Assembly (NCBI GenBank): GCA_964447495.1
Contig: CAYUTF010000004.1
Location: forward strand, 13,438 to 77,437
Reading direction: 5' to 3'
DNA: 64,000 bases
From: an uncultured archaeon
GTDB taxonomy: Archaea; Asgardarchaeota; Lokiarchaeia; Sigyniarchaeales; SOKP01
Part shown: piece by piece, positions 46,199 through 55,368 of the stretch
How the letters are laid out: each line of letters starts with the position of its first letter
Numbering within the stretch: the first letter of the stretch is position 1
Notes under the pieces: model-generated
The model's input: only the letters and a program-made list of their open reading frames with translations
The model's database searches: none
Told to the model about the DNA's origin: nothing
Made by a program: the position numbers and the translations under genes

Positions 46199-46564
46199 AT
46201 GAGATTATATTTGAAAGCATTAGGAATTGTGTTTTTATATGATAGAAATATAGGCAATCCTGAAGAGATGTCGAAAAAGTTTAGTGAATATTTCACAAAT
46301 GTTACTGAAAATCTGGTTATAGAAAAATTAGTTCAATTGGCTAATTTAAAAGAAATTATGGATGCTGGAAGGATTTATTGGGCAGGAATTAAAGACGATT
46401 TCCAAAAAGTAATAAATGATGAAGAAATGATTGGTAAACTCGCTTGGAAAGTGTTTAAAGATCACTCCGCTATTGAACCCTCTGATGAGGTCAAATCGTT
46501 AATATACAATGAGAAGAAAGTACCTTGGAATTTTCCATTAATGGTATGCGTACTATACAAATGA
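46199..46564 (+). CDS. Hypothetical protein (121 aa)
   Basis: ORF with normal composition in a 550-bp gap between convergent genes. No motif recognised. Confidence 0.4.
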   Translation: MRLYLKALGIVFLYDRNIGNPEEMSKKFSEYFTNVTENLVIEKLVQLANLKEIMDAGRIYWAGIKDDFQKVINDEEMIGKLAWKVFKDHSAIEPSDEVKSLIYNEKKVPWNFPLMVCVLYK

Positions 46565-46568
46565 TTCT

Positions 46569-48641
46569 CTAATTAGATATGATTCTTTTTATTTCATTTA
46601 GGTAATAATCATTCGAATAGGGTAAGGATTCAGAAATTTTAGTTGTATTAGACTCCTTAATTTTTTGTAATTCATAATTAAGCATTTTTGCTAACCAAAA
46701 TACAGTATATAATTCAACTTGTTTATGAAATTCCGAATTTATAACATGATAATTTTTATATCCGCTTAAAAATGAATTTATAATGTCAGTATTTTTAAAC
46801 AAATCAAATGTAAAGAAATATAACTTTATAAAATCTTGAGCTTTTACACCTACTCTCCAATCATCAAAATCAATTATCCCATTTATATCGATTTTCCCAG
46901 ATTCTTCTTTAACTATAATATTGCTCAATTGAAAATCATTATGAATAAGTACGGGATTTTCCTCAATTTGTATAAGGGATTCATGATCTTTAAAATATTT
47001 TATTAAATCTATAACAATATCTATTTTATTTTTTTTTAATTCTTGAAGCTCTTGATCTAGTTCTGCATTAAAAATGTCTATCCAGTGCTTCGTAGATTCT
47101 TTACCAATATCATTAATATCTTCTTGAAAAGAATTAAATTTGATATTATGTAATTTTCCTAAAAGATCACCTAGATTATAAAATAAATTAAGAAATTTGG
47201 TCCTTGATAAGTTCACTTTTTCTTCATCTAATAATCTATCTAACGATTTTCCATGTAGGTATTCTTGTATACTGAAATTATATGGTATTCTTTCCTTAGT
47301 TTCATCATAATATAATAAGCTACTTACTGGAATAACGGGTGGTTTATCCTTATCAAAAATATATTCACCTTTATGAGTAGTGATAAGTTGTTTAATAACT
47401 TCTCGTAAATTAGGGATGTTGCTATTAAGCGAACCATCAAGGAAAGGAAAAATTATTTTTTCTTTTATTATATCTTCAAATTTGTAATATTTAGAAGTAT
47501 GAAATCGAAATAGTAAATTTGATTTCTCAAAATTCACTCTATATATTGTATTAATATTTGAGGTAAAGGGCCCAATTACTTTTTTAATTTTACCTTGATC
47601 CAATAAAACTTTAATATCAGAAAAGATTTTGATGATATCGTTTAGCTGATAAATCTCTTTTTTACCTAGCGAATACAATTTATAAATGTATTTTTGATTA
47701 ATTAAAAAATTTACAGTCGCATTGATTCTTCCTATTGTAATTTCATCTAAGTTTCTCTTGAGTTCTGGAGATAGATTAAAATTATACTCTAAAGGAGTAG
47801 ATATAATATCTTTATAAAGGTAAAGAAAAGCATACTTTAAACCTCTTCTAACTTTTCCCTCATCAATTTTGATATCATAAATTTTTGTGAAAAGATCATT
47901 TAACTCATCTTGATATTGATGCATTTCTAATATCTTCTCCTCTAGTGCACAATAGTAGATTTTAGAGCATAAATTCACTAAGTTACTAATACTTGGAACA
48001 ATTCCACTTATTTTATAGTGCTCTGGGGGTAAAATTTGGAAATATTTTTGAAAATTTCGCTCATTACAACAAAATACCGAAAAATTATCACTTATGATGG
48101 AAGAATAAAACTTGGCATAGTTTATATTTTCAAAATCATCGATGAGCCCTCTTAAATTTGAAAACTCACTTATTCTAGTAATAATTTCAGGATTTACTTC
48201 GTTGCCATGAAACTTAATAGGGTTGTTATAGAGTATTAAGGGATTTTTTATATTAATTGAACTAAAAATATTTTCAAAATAAGAAATCAATGATGAGTTA
48301 TTTTCATATAGTGGTGGAGCAAGGACAAAGATTAATTTTGGATATCTTTTTCCTAATTCATTTAATTGATCAATTGCATTTTCTTCATCATTTCCAATGA
48401 TATTTAAAAGAATTGGTGTCTTATTTCCAGAAATTTCGTAAGTGAGATCAATTAAGTTATAAATTTGCTCGTTATCCTCAGAAAAAAGTAAACCCTCCCC
48501 TATTCGACTGAGAAGGAGTATAGCATCAGCTCCATTTATGAGTAAATGCTTAATTAATAGTGTCTGAATTTCACTATTTATAATATGATTTTCATCAAAG
48601 AAAGTCAAAGAAGGAACAATAACACCGTTTAGACCCATCAT
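46569..48641 (-). CDS. Fusion protein: DapA/N-acetylneuraminate-lyase-like (class I aldolase fold) N-domain + APH/MtnK-type phosphotransferase C-domain
   Basis: N-domain: VIVPSLTFF, SRIGEG (in place of GTTGE), LILYNNP and SNLRGLIDD (in place of the Lys-bearing GIKD motif). C-domain: LIHNDFQLSNIIV and IIDFDDW kinase catalytic motifs. Confidence 0.7.
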   Translation of the reverse strand: MMGLNGVIVPSLTFFDENHIINSEIQTLLIKHLLINGADAILLLSRIGEGLLFSEDNEQIYNLIDLTYEISGNKTPILLNIIGNDEENAIDQLNELGKRYPKLIFVLAPPLYENNSSLISYFENIFSSINIKNPLILYNNPIKFHGNEVNPEIITRISEFSNLRGLIDDFENINYAKFYSSIISDNFSVFCCNERNFQKYFQILPPEHYKISGIVPSISNLVNLCSKIYYCALEEKILEMHQYQDELNDLFTKIYDIKIDEGKVRRGLKYAFLYLYKDIISTPLEYNFNLSPELKRNLDEITIGRINATVNFLINQKYIYKLYSLGKKEIYQLNDIIKIFSDIKVLLDQGKIKKVIGPFTSNINTIYRVNFEKSNLLFRFHTSKYYKFEDIIKEKIIFPFLDGSLNSNIPNLREVIKQLITTHKGEYIFDKDKPPVIPVSSLLYYDETKERIPYNFSIQEYLHGKSLDRLLDEEKVNLSRTKFLNLFYNLGDLLGKLHNIKFNSFQEDINDIGKESTKHWIDIFNAELDQELQELKKNKIDIVIDLIKYFKDHESLIQIEENPVLIHNDFQLSNIIVKEESGKIDINGIIDFDDWRVGVKAQDFIKLYFFTFDLFKNTDIINSFLSGYKNYHVINSEFHKQVELYTVFWLAKMLNYELQKIKESNTTKISESLPYSNDYYLNEIKRIISN

Positions 48642-48836
48642 TTATTTCACCTTTTATGTGCTAATAAATTTGTCTCATCTATTCGCAGTTAAGATTTTTC
48701 TTTTGAATTATTCCCTCTTAGATTAATTAAATATTCACTTAATATTGCTTAATAATTTTTCATACTTTAATTATAATTACTTAATTTTAACAATAGTGTG
48801 GAATTTATATGTAAGAGTAAAATCTATGGGAAAAAA

Positions 48837-50519
48837 TTAAATCTTTTTTGATTCCTTGAAAATCTCGAAAATATCCTTCTCATAATCGATTGTATCCTCA
48901 GGTAGTAAATTTGGGTCTTTTAGCAACTTAGCTAGGTAATAAATTTTTGCGCCACGTTCTAAATATTTAAGAACCATATAAGCGCCATCTAAGTGACTTC
49001 CACAGCAGATATTTCCATGATTAGCAAGCAACACAGCATTATTTTCTTCAAGGCCTTTTACTACATTATTTGCTAATTCTTCCGTACCAGCTTCACCATA
49101 TTCAGCACATACAATCTCCCCCCCTAAATATGGTACTAATTCTTCAATAATCGGGGGTAACGACAAATTTAGAGTACTCAAGATTGTAGAATATATCCCA
49201 TGCGCGTGAATAATAGCATTTACATCTTCTCTAGCTTTATAGATACCCAAATGAAGATGCTTTTCCACTGAAGGATTTCTCTCTCCTTCGATAACCTTTC
49301 CTTCTAAATTTATTATTAAAATGTCCTCGGGTTTCATTTCATCGTATCTTACGTTGCTTGGAGTAATTAAAATCATTTGTTTTCCTTCAAATATTATGCG
49401 CATGCTTACATTTCCAGCAGATCCGATAACATATTCTTCATTTAATAAGTTATTACATAAATCTAAAATCTGCTTTTTTTTATTATAGAGCGCTTCATTT
49501 AATTTTGAATTTATCTGAGGATGATTTTTGAGAACTTCAGGATTTAAAATGTTAGTTAGTGGTTCTTTATTTAACCATGCTTTTAAATCTCTTAGTATCA
49601 TGTTAGATTGTCTTTGAATTACATCAATTGTATTCCCACCAAAATGAGGACTCACTATGACATTTTCTAAGTCTAAAAATTCGTTATCTTCATCGATCGG
49701 TTCCAAGGGAAATACATCTAAAGCTGCACCAGCGATTTTTTTTTCTTTTAAAGCGTTGAACAGAGCATCATAATCTACTATACTTCCTTTTGCTAAATTT
49801 ATAATATATGCTGATTTCTTCATCATTGCTATTCTTTTTTCATTTATTAAATTATCATTATCATCTGTAGCTACCGCATGGATGGTAATGAAATCAGATT
49901 CTCTTATTATTGTATCTAATTCAACTTTTTCTCCATAATCCGAAATAATTTCATCTGATAAAAAGGGATCATATATTAGATTTACACAGCCAAACGCTTT
50001 TAATATTTTAGCTACCTTACGACCGATCGCTCCTAAACCAATTATGCCAATTTTTTTGTTTAATAATTCTATTCCCATATATTTATTATACACATCAACC
50101 CAATCTTCAAAATCAACAATTGTAAAATTTTTAGAATGTAAAAATCTATCTAAGGGTGTTAAATTTCTTGCTAGGCAGATCATATATCCCAAAGTTAACT
50201 CTGCGACAGCATCAACATTCCTTAAAGGAGTATAAAGAATTGGTAAATTTTTTTTATTCGCAGCTTTAAGATTCACATTAAAAGGGTCTCCTCTACAAGT
50301 CGCTATTAATTTCAATTTAGTTAGCTCAAAAAATTCATCTTTTTTTAAATCATCGGCAGCAGTGATAAAGATATCATATCCTTCCAACTTCTCAAGTAAT
50401 TCTTTAGCATCAAAATAAATTATTCCAGTGTCCCTCCAGCTTTCATATGTCACCTCCATTAGATTCTCTAATTTTTTGAGTACTTCTTTAGTTAAGCTAG
50501 CTGTGATTAATGCTTTCAT
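48837..50519 (-). CDS. Fusion protein: D-isomer-specific 2-hydroxyacid dehydrogenase domain + class II aldolase/adducin domain
   Basis: N-domain: GIIGLGAIGRKVA, INLAKGSIVD, LDVFPLEP and SPHFGGNT. C-domain: SAGNVSMRI, PSVEKHLH, IHAHGIYST and ANHGNICCG. Confidence 0.75.
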   Translation of the reverse strand: MKALITASLTKEVLKKLENLMEVTYESWRDTGIIYFDAKELLEKLEGYDIFITAADDLKKDEFFELTKLKLIATCRGDPFNVNLKAANKKNLPILYTPLRNVDAVAELTLGYMICLARNLTPLDRFLHSKNFTIVDFEDWVDVYNKYMGIELLNKKIGIIGLGAIGRKVAKILKAFGCVNLIYDPFLSDEIISDYGEKVELDTIIRESDFITIHAVATDDNDNLINEKRIAMMKKSAYIINLAKGSIVDYDALFNALKEKKIAGAALDVFPLEPIDEDNEFLDLENVIVSPHFGGNTIDVIQRQSNMILRDLKAWLNKEPLTNILNPEVLKNHPQINSKLNEALYNKKKQILDLCNNLLNEEYVIGSAGNVSMRIIFEGKQMILITPSNVRYDEMKPEDILIINLEGKVIEGERNPSVEKHLHLGIYKAREDVNAIIHAHGIYSTILSTLNLSLPPIIEELVPYLGGEIVCAEYGEAGTEELANNVVKGLEENNAVLLANHGNICCGSHLDGAYMVLKYLERGAKIYYLAKLLKDPNLLPEDTIDYEKDIFEIFKESKKI

Positions 50520-50621
50520 AATTTTTTACCTAATGTTTTTTAAATACTTTAATTAATATTAATTCAAAAATACGGTAATTATATGAAAAATGAATTTAAT
50601 AAAAAAATGACTGAAAATTTG

Positions 50622-50969
50622 TTAAAACATTAAACTTTTTAGTTTCATAAGATTACGAATTTTTCCCTCAACAACTTTAATTTTTCCTGCAGAATATGCT
50701 TTAACCGCTCCAATTTCTTTATTAAATAAATCAAGCATCACTTTTTCTGATGAAAATTCAATTTTAACTGGAGCATTATCATCACTGCTATTATCCTTTA
50801 CTTCAATCCCTTGATCCTTATTAATTAATAATAAAACTTTATGCTGATTATCTAAAAATGTAAGTTGAATTGGTTCATCGTAATTGGCTAATTTTTTTCT
50901 AGCTTTTTCATCATTATTATAACGATTTTCTATTTCTTGCAAACATGATTCTATCTTCTCTAAAGACAT
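50622..50969 (-). CDS. SCP2 (sterol-carrier-protein-2-like) domain protein
   Basis: Size and C-terminal AYSAGKIKVEGKIRNLMKL-type pattern, typical of SCP2 domains. Confidence 0.6.
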   Translation of the reverse strand: MSLEKIESCLQEIENRYNNDEKARKKLANYDEPIQLTFLDNQHKVLLLINKDQGIEVKDNSSDDNAPVKIEFSSEKVMLDLFNKEIGAVKAYSAGKIKVVEGKIRNLMKLKSLMF

Positions 50970-51061
50970 CTAAAAGCACTCATTGATTTTTTTAATTGAA
51001 AGATATAATTTAGATAAGAATGTAATATGTATTTAAATATATTTGGCTTTTAAAATGAAGA

Positions 51062-52570
51062 CTATAATTTATCAACCTTATTTTTAATATTTTTCCATTG
51101 TGCATATATTTCTTTATACTTCTCTGAGATTGATGAATCACTTGATATAATTTCAAATTTGATAAATTCTTCTATGAAAGACCGATAATCTTTAAAATAA
51201 TCTAGAGCTTTCAAAGTATTCATTGCAGCCCCGATAAAAGAGGAATCCTTAAATTCAGGCACATTTAAATCTGTATCTAATACATTAGCAATCACTTTCA
51301 ATATTTCTTTTGATTTACTCATTCCACCAGCACAAAACACTTTTGAAATTTGAAAATTGTGAAGTGCCTTAAAGTTTTCATAAATTCCAAATGCGATATT
51401 TTCAATAATACTTCTCGCAAAGTCATCGATCTTAGGTAAAACTTCTGATACCATCATAGGAGGGGGAAAAACAAAAACACCTCTTTTAATGGAAGTTTGA
51501 TCTTTAAGGTTCATAAGTTCAGGACCTAAGTAGGCAAAAGTTGATAAGGCTCCAGGATTTGAGTTTTGAAGGAAAGTATCTATTATAGAATCAGATTCTT
51601 CTGAAAACCTTTGTAAAAAACTCTCCTTAAACCAGCTGTATGAAGCACCAGTATTACCTGCGTGAGCTTCAATAATCCATTTACCTGAAATCGAATGAAA
51701 TGATGTCCAAAAAGTTAAATTTGGATCAATGTAAGGTTTATCTATGATTAAATGTAATGGAGCAGTAGTTCCTAAAGTTATTCCTAAATCAGCATTTTCA
51801 ATCGCACCCATTCCTAATAATGATGCTTGTGTATCGCCTCCTGATTTAATTATAGGAATTTTACTGCTTTTTAGTTCAAATTTAGATGTTAGATTTGGTA
51901 CTAAGTAACCTATAATTGATCCAGACTCAACAATTTGAGGAAGTATATCGGGATTTAGATCAAATTTTTCTATGATCTCTGAACTCCAATTACTTTTTTT
52001 TATATCTATTAATTGAGACTCTGCTGAAGAGGTTAAATCAGTACAAAATACTCCTGAGAGTTTGTAAACTAACCAATCATCTAGCATTAAAACCTTATTA
52101 ATTTTATTGTAAATCTCCTCTTCTTCTTCCTTAAACCATAATAATCTTGCCAAGCAAAATAATAACGAGGGGTTATGAGCTGTTATTTCAAATAATTCTT
52201 CTTCCGAAAACGTATCTTCAATTATATAGGCCGAATCAATCCCTCTTATATCTGTATTAGGTCCAGCATATATTATTTTTCCTTTTTTGTCTAAAAAAAC
52301 GGTCGCTATTCTTTGAGCGCAAGTTGAGATACCAATAATCTTATAATTATCAGAATGACATTTTTGGATTATATCTTTAATATTAATACAGATTTTATGC
52401 CATAAATCATCCATATCGATTCTTTTTGCAAAACCATCTAAATCTTCATTCAATATTTTAATATCCTGACTAGTTGTAAGATTTATCTTTAAATTATCTG
52501 ATACTAACGCTGTTTTTACAGAATTAGAAGAAATATCTATTGTTAAAATTTTTTCGATAGGATTATTCAA
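51062..52570 (-). CDS. FGGY-family carbohydrate kinase
   Basis: N-terminal LTIDISSNSVKTALV, central GGDTQASLLG and C-terminal CAGGMSKS, typical of xylulo-, rhamnulo- and glycerol-kinase relatives. Confidence 0.75.
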   Translation of the reverse strand: MNNPIEKILTIDISSNSVKTALVSDNLKINLTTSQDIKILNEDLDGFAKRIDMDDLWHKICINIKDIIQKCHSDNYKIIGISTCAQRIATVFLDKKGKIIYAGPNTDIRGIDSAYIIEDTFSEEELFEITAHNPSLLFCLARLLWFKEEEEEIYNKINKVLMLDDWLVYKLSGVFCTDLTSSAESQLIDIKKSNWSSEIIEKFDLNPDILPQIVESGSIIGYLVPNLTSKFELKSSKIPIIKSGGDTQASLLGMGAIENADLGITLGTTAPLHLIIDKPYIDPNLTFWTSFHSISGKWIIEAHAGNTGASYSWFKESFLQRFSEESDSIIDTFLQNSNPGALSTFAYLGPELMNLKDQTSIKRGVFVFPPPMMVSEVLPKIDDFARSIIENIAFGIYENFKALHNFQISKVFCAGGMSKSKEILKVIANVLDTDLNVPEFKDSSFIGAAMNTLKALDYFKDYRSFIEEFIKFEIISSDSSISEKYKEIYAQWKNIKNKVDKL

Positions 52571-52596
52571 TACTATTCACATTAAATTATCGTTTA

Positions 52597-53232
52597 TTAT
52601 GGCATTAAATATTTCCTAACAACCTCGCCTCGAGGTTCTTTTTCTTCAAACAAAATTGCCTGAAAAGAATAAATTTTAGTATTTTTTTCCTTCCATGCAT
52701 CATCTGGGAGATAGGCTTTGTTACAAGTGTGTTTTAGAAATGTTTCCACATCCCAATTCCTTCCTTGATCAATAGGTACTTGAGGTAATAACAAACCGCG
52801 TCTCATGGTTCTCTCTGCAATTAAACCATCTCTACCAATAACAATTTTAGTTAGATACTCTTCTGGACTATTGACCTCAAGTAATTTAGGTGGAGTAAGA
52901 ATTGACAATTCTATTGTAATCTTATCCATCTCCTCAGGAGATACTGATTGAAAACGTGGGTCTTCTACTGCTGAGCTGATTGAGACTCTATGAATGATGT
53001 CATATAATGGATATACGGGTTCTATATATCCAATACACCCTCTTAATGGATTTCCCTCCATATCTATCCGATTAAGTGTGACAAATGCGCCATATTTACC
53101 TGAATATCTCTTTTTAATTTCTTCAGGAATAGGAATGCTTCTATCATTCTTTAAATAAAATTCTATATTCTCCCTTGCAAATTTTATAAGCAAAATACCA
53201 TCTTCTAAGCTAAATTTCTCTTGTTCAGTCAT
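52597..53232 (-). CDS. AMMECR1-domain protein
   Basis: GAFVTL, LRGCIG, AVEDPRF and GLLLPQV motifs. Confidence 0.85.
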   Translation of the reverse strand: MTEQEKFSLEDGILLIKFARENIEFYLKNDRSIPIPEEIKKRYSGKYGAFVTLNRIDMEGNPLRGCIGYIEPVYPLYDIIHRVSISSAVEDPRFQSVSPEEMDKITIELSILTPPKLLEVNSPEEYLTKIVIGRDGLIAERTMRRGLLLPQVPIDQGRNWDVETFLKHTCNKAYLPDDAWKEKNTKIYSFQAILFEEKEPRGEVVRKYLMP

Positions 53233-53281
53233 TATTTAATTAGGATAGTTATTTTAATTTATTATTATTATCATTACATTT

Positions 53282-54694
53282 TTATATATTTATTTTAATA
53301 ATTCTCCCATCTGGTAATGCCTTTTCAGTATTTATCTCGTTGCCTCTTAAAAATACTTTCCAAATTAAAACTTGAGTCTTTCTATCAGATAATTTGGAGT
53401 TCTCGAAAGGGGTGAATTTTGCTTTTGTTTTAAATTTTTCCGAATTTAATGAATATTTCGGTACTATTTCTATGATAATAACGTCTGCATCATTTCCTTC
53501 TTCAATAAAACCTTTACTCATCAAATTAAATCTTTTAGCAGGATTCTCAGATGATACTTCTACAAATTTCTTCAAGGATAATTCTTTTTGAAACACTTTA
53601 TTTAATAAGAGAGAAGAATATGTTTCAAAACCAGGAAAACCAGAAGGGGCTTCAAAGTTATTAAGTAATTTTTCGTTAACCGAATGTGGAGCATGATCTG
53701 TTCCTATAAAAGATATGTTTCCTTTTTCTAATTGTTTAAATAGAAATTCAGAATGAGCTTTATCTCTTAAAGGAGGAAGTACTTTACCTATATTATCATT
53801 TTTTAAAATAATATCATTCGATAAGAGGAGATGGTGAGGTGTTACTTCAAAAGAAATGTTTGCTTTAGATTGTTCTTTATTCTCCTCTAGGAATTTTTGA
53901 ATTAAATTAAAGCTTTCACTACAACTTATATGACAAAAATGAATGATTGGAGGTTTATCGGATGAAGATTTTAAGCCTTTTGTTAGAAGTGTATAATTTT
54001 CTAGAATGAAATTTACATATTTTGCTTCACTTGTTTCTGAATGTAATTTATTATGGAGTTTAAGAAAAGAAAAATTAGAATATTCATTTTTTATAATTTC
54101 TTCTTCATCACTTGTTAATGGCCAATCGGGGTGAATGAAGATGGGTATTTGATAACGTGAGGAAATGTGAAGAATTTTTTGAATATTATCAGAGTTGGTC
54201 CAGTCTATTCCATTTAATGATTTTAAAGGATATATTTTAAATCCAATAATACCAATAGCTATTATCTTTTTAATTTCTTCTTCGTCAATGGAGTTTGGTA
54301 CGCCTGAAATAAATCCAACATCGATAAATATATTATTTTTCGCTTTATGCTGCCATTTATTTACTTGCTTGGCATTAATCGCTGGGGGTATTGTATTCGG
54401 CATATTAAATACAGTTGTAATTCCCGAATATGCCGCTGCTTTTGTTCCAGAGTAAAAAGTTTCTTTATCACATTGACCCATATCTCGTAAATGTGAATGA
54501 ATATCTATTATTCCCGGTAAGATATATCTATCTTTGCAATCGATTTCAATTCCATCTTGATTATTCTCTCTAAATTTCTTAAAATTATTATTAAATGATT
54601 TTTGAAAAATAGATGTAATAATACCATCTTGAATTAATATAGCTCCTTTATTTAATCGGCCATTATAGTAAATATTAGCGTTCTTTAGAATCAT
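53282..54694 (-). CDS. pyrC: Dihydroorotase/allantoinase-type cyclic amidohydrolase
   Basis: GIIDIHSHLRD, AAYSGITTVFNMPNT, FKIY and GTDHAPH motifs. Confidence 0.65.
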   Translation of the reverse strand: MILKNANIYYNGRLNKGAILIQDGIITSIFQKSFNNNFKKFRENNQDGIEIDCKDRYILPGIIDIHSHLRDMGQCDKETFYSGTKAAAYSGITTVFNMPNTIPPAINAKQVNKWQHKAKNNIFIDVGFISGVPNSIDEEEIKKIIAIGIIGFKIYPLKSLNGIDWTNSDNIQKILHISSRYQIPIFIHPDWPLTSDEEEIIKNEYSNFSFLKLHNKLHSETSEAKYVNFILENYTLLTKGLKSSSDKPPIIHFCHISCSESFNLIQKFLEENKEQSKANISFEVTPHHLLLSNDIILKNDNIGKVLPPLRDKAHSEFLFKQLEKGNISFIGTDHAPHSVNEKLLNNFEAPSGFPGFETYSSLLLNKVFQKELSLKKFVEVSSENPAKRFNLMSKGFIEEGNDADVIIIEIVPKYSLNSEKFKTKAKFTPFENSKLSDRKTQVLIWKVFLRGNEINTEKALPDGRIIKINI

Positions 54695-54696
54695 TA

Positions 54697-55356
54697 TTAG
54701 TGAATATTATTCATTATTTCTAGTCTATCTATTTGAAAATTAATATATAAAATTTTATTTTCTATTTCTTTAATAAATGGTAGTTTATAGCTTATTATAT
54801 GATCCGAATCACTTAATTGTTGTAATATTTCATGATTTTGAATAGAATCATAATTTAAAGGAAATAGAAGAAGAGAATTCCTAAATTTTAACAAGGCATT
54901 TCTTTTTATTTCTAAAAAATTGCTATTTAGATCATTACTATTATGAAATAATATAATATGTTCTTTCTTCAATGAATGAATAAAATGTATTAAGTTATGA
55001 GTGTTTGAGAGTTTTTGTATAAAAATTCCAGGAGTTGATTTTTTCCAAGATCCCACATTTTCAATTTGCATTTGAAATGAGAAAGATAAAGCTTTACTTA
55101 ATAGTAAAGCTTGTGATCTTTCATCTGGACCTAAATATCTTAGTGTATTTCCTTCAAACTTTATTACATTATGAAATTTTTCAATATAAATATATAAGTT
55201 ATTGTCTTTTCTTATAGAATATGAAAGACAAAAAGTTTCTCTTATACATGAACAAATTTTATAAATATCAAAGGGTATCTTCCCTTGATCAACATCTTTC
55301 TTGCAGAACTTTGATATTTCATTAGTAATTATTAGAAATTCTGGCAAAATTATCAA
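54697..55356 (-). CDS. trmY: Probable tRNA (pseudouridine54-N1)-methyltransferase (TrmY, SPOUT/DUF358-like)
   Basis: IKFEGNTLRYLGPDERSQALLLSKAL matches, from memory, the conserved TrmY core (F.G..LR.L.PDERS.A.LI.KAL). About 200 aa. Needs a profile search. Confidence 0.55.
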   Translation of the reverse strand: MIILPEFLIITNEISKFCKKDVDQGKIPFDIYKICSCIRETFCLSYSIRKDNNLYIYIEKFHNVIKFEGNTLRYLGPDERSQALLLSKALSFSFQMQIENVGSWKKSTPGIFIQKLSNTHNLIHFIHSLKKEHIILFHNSNDLNSNFLEIKRNALLKFRNSLLLFPLNYDSIQNHEILQQLSDSDHIISYKLPFIKEIENKILYINFQIDRLEIMNNIH

Positions 55357-55368
55357 AAAATTAATATT

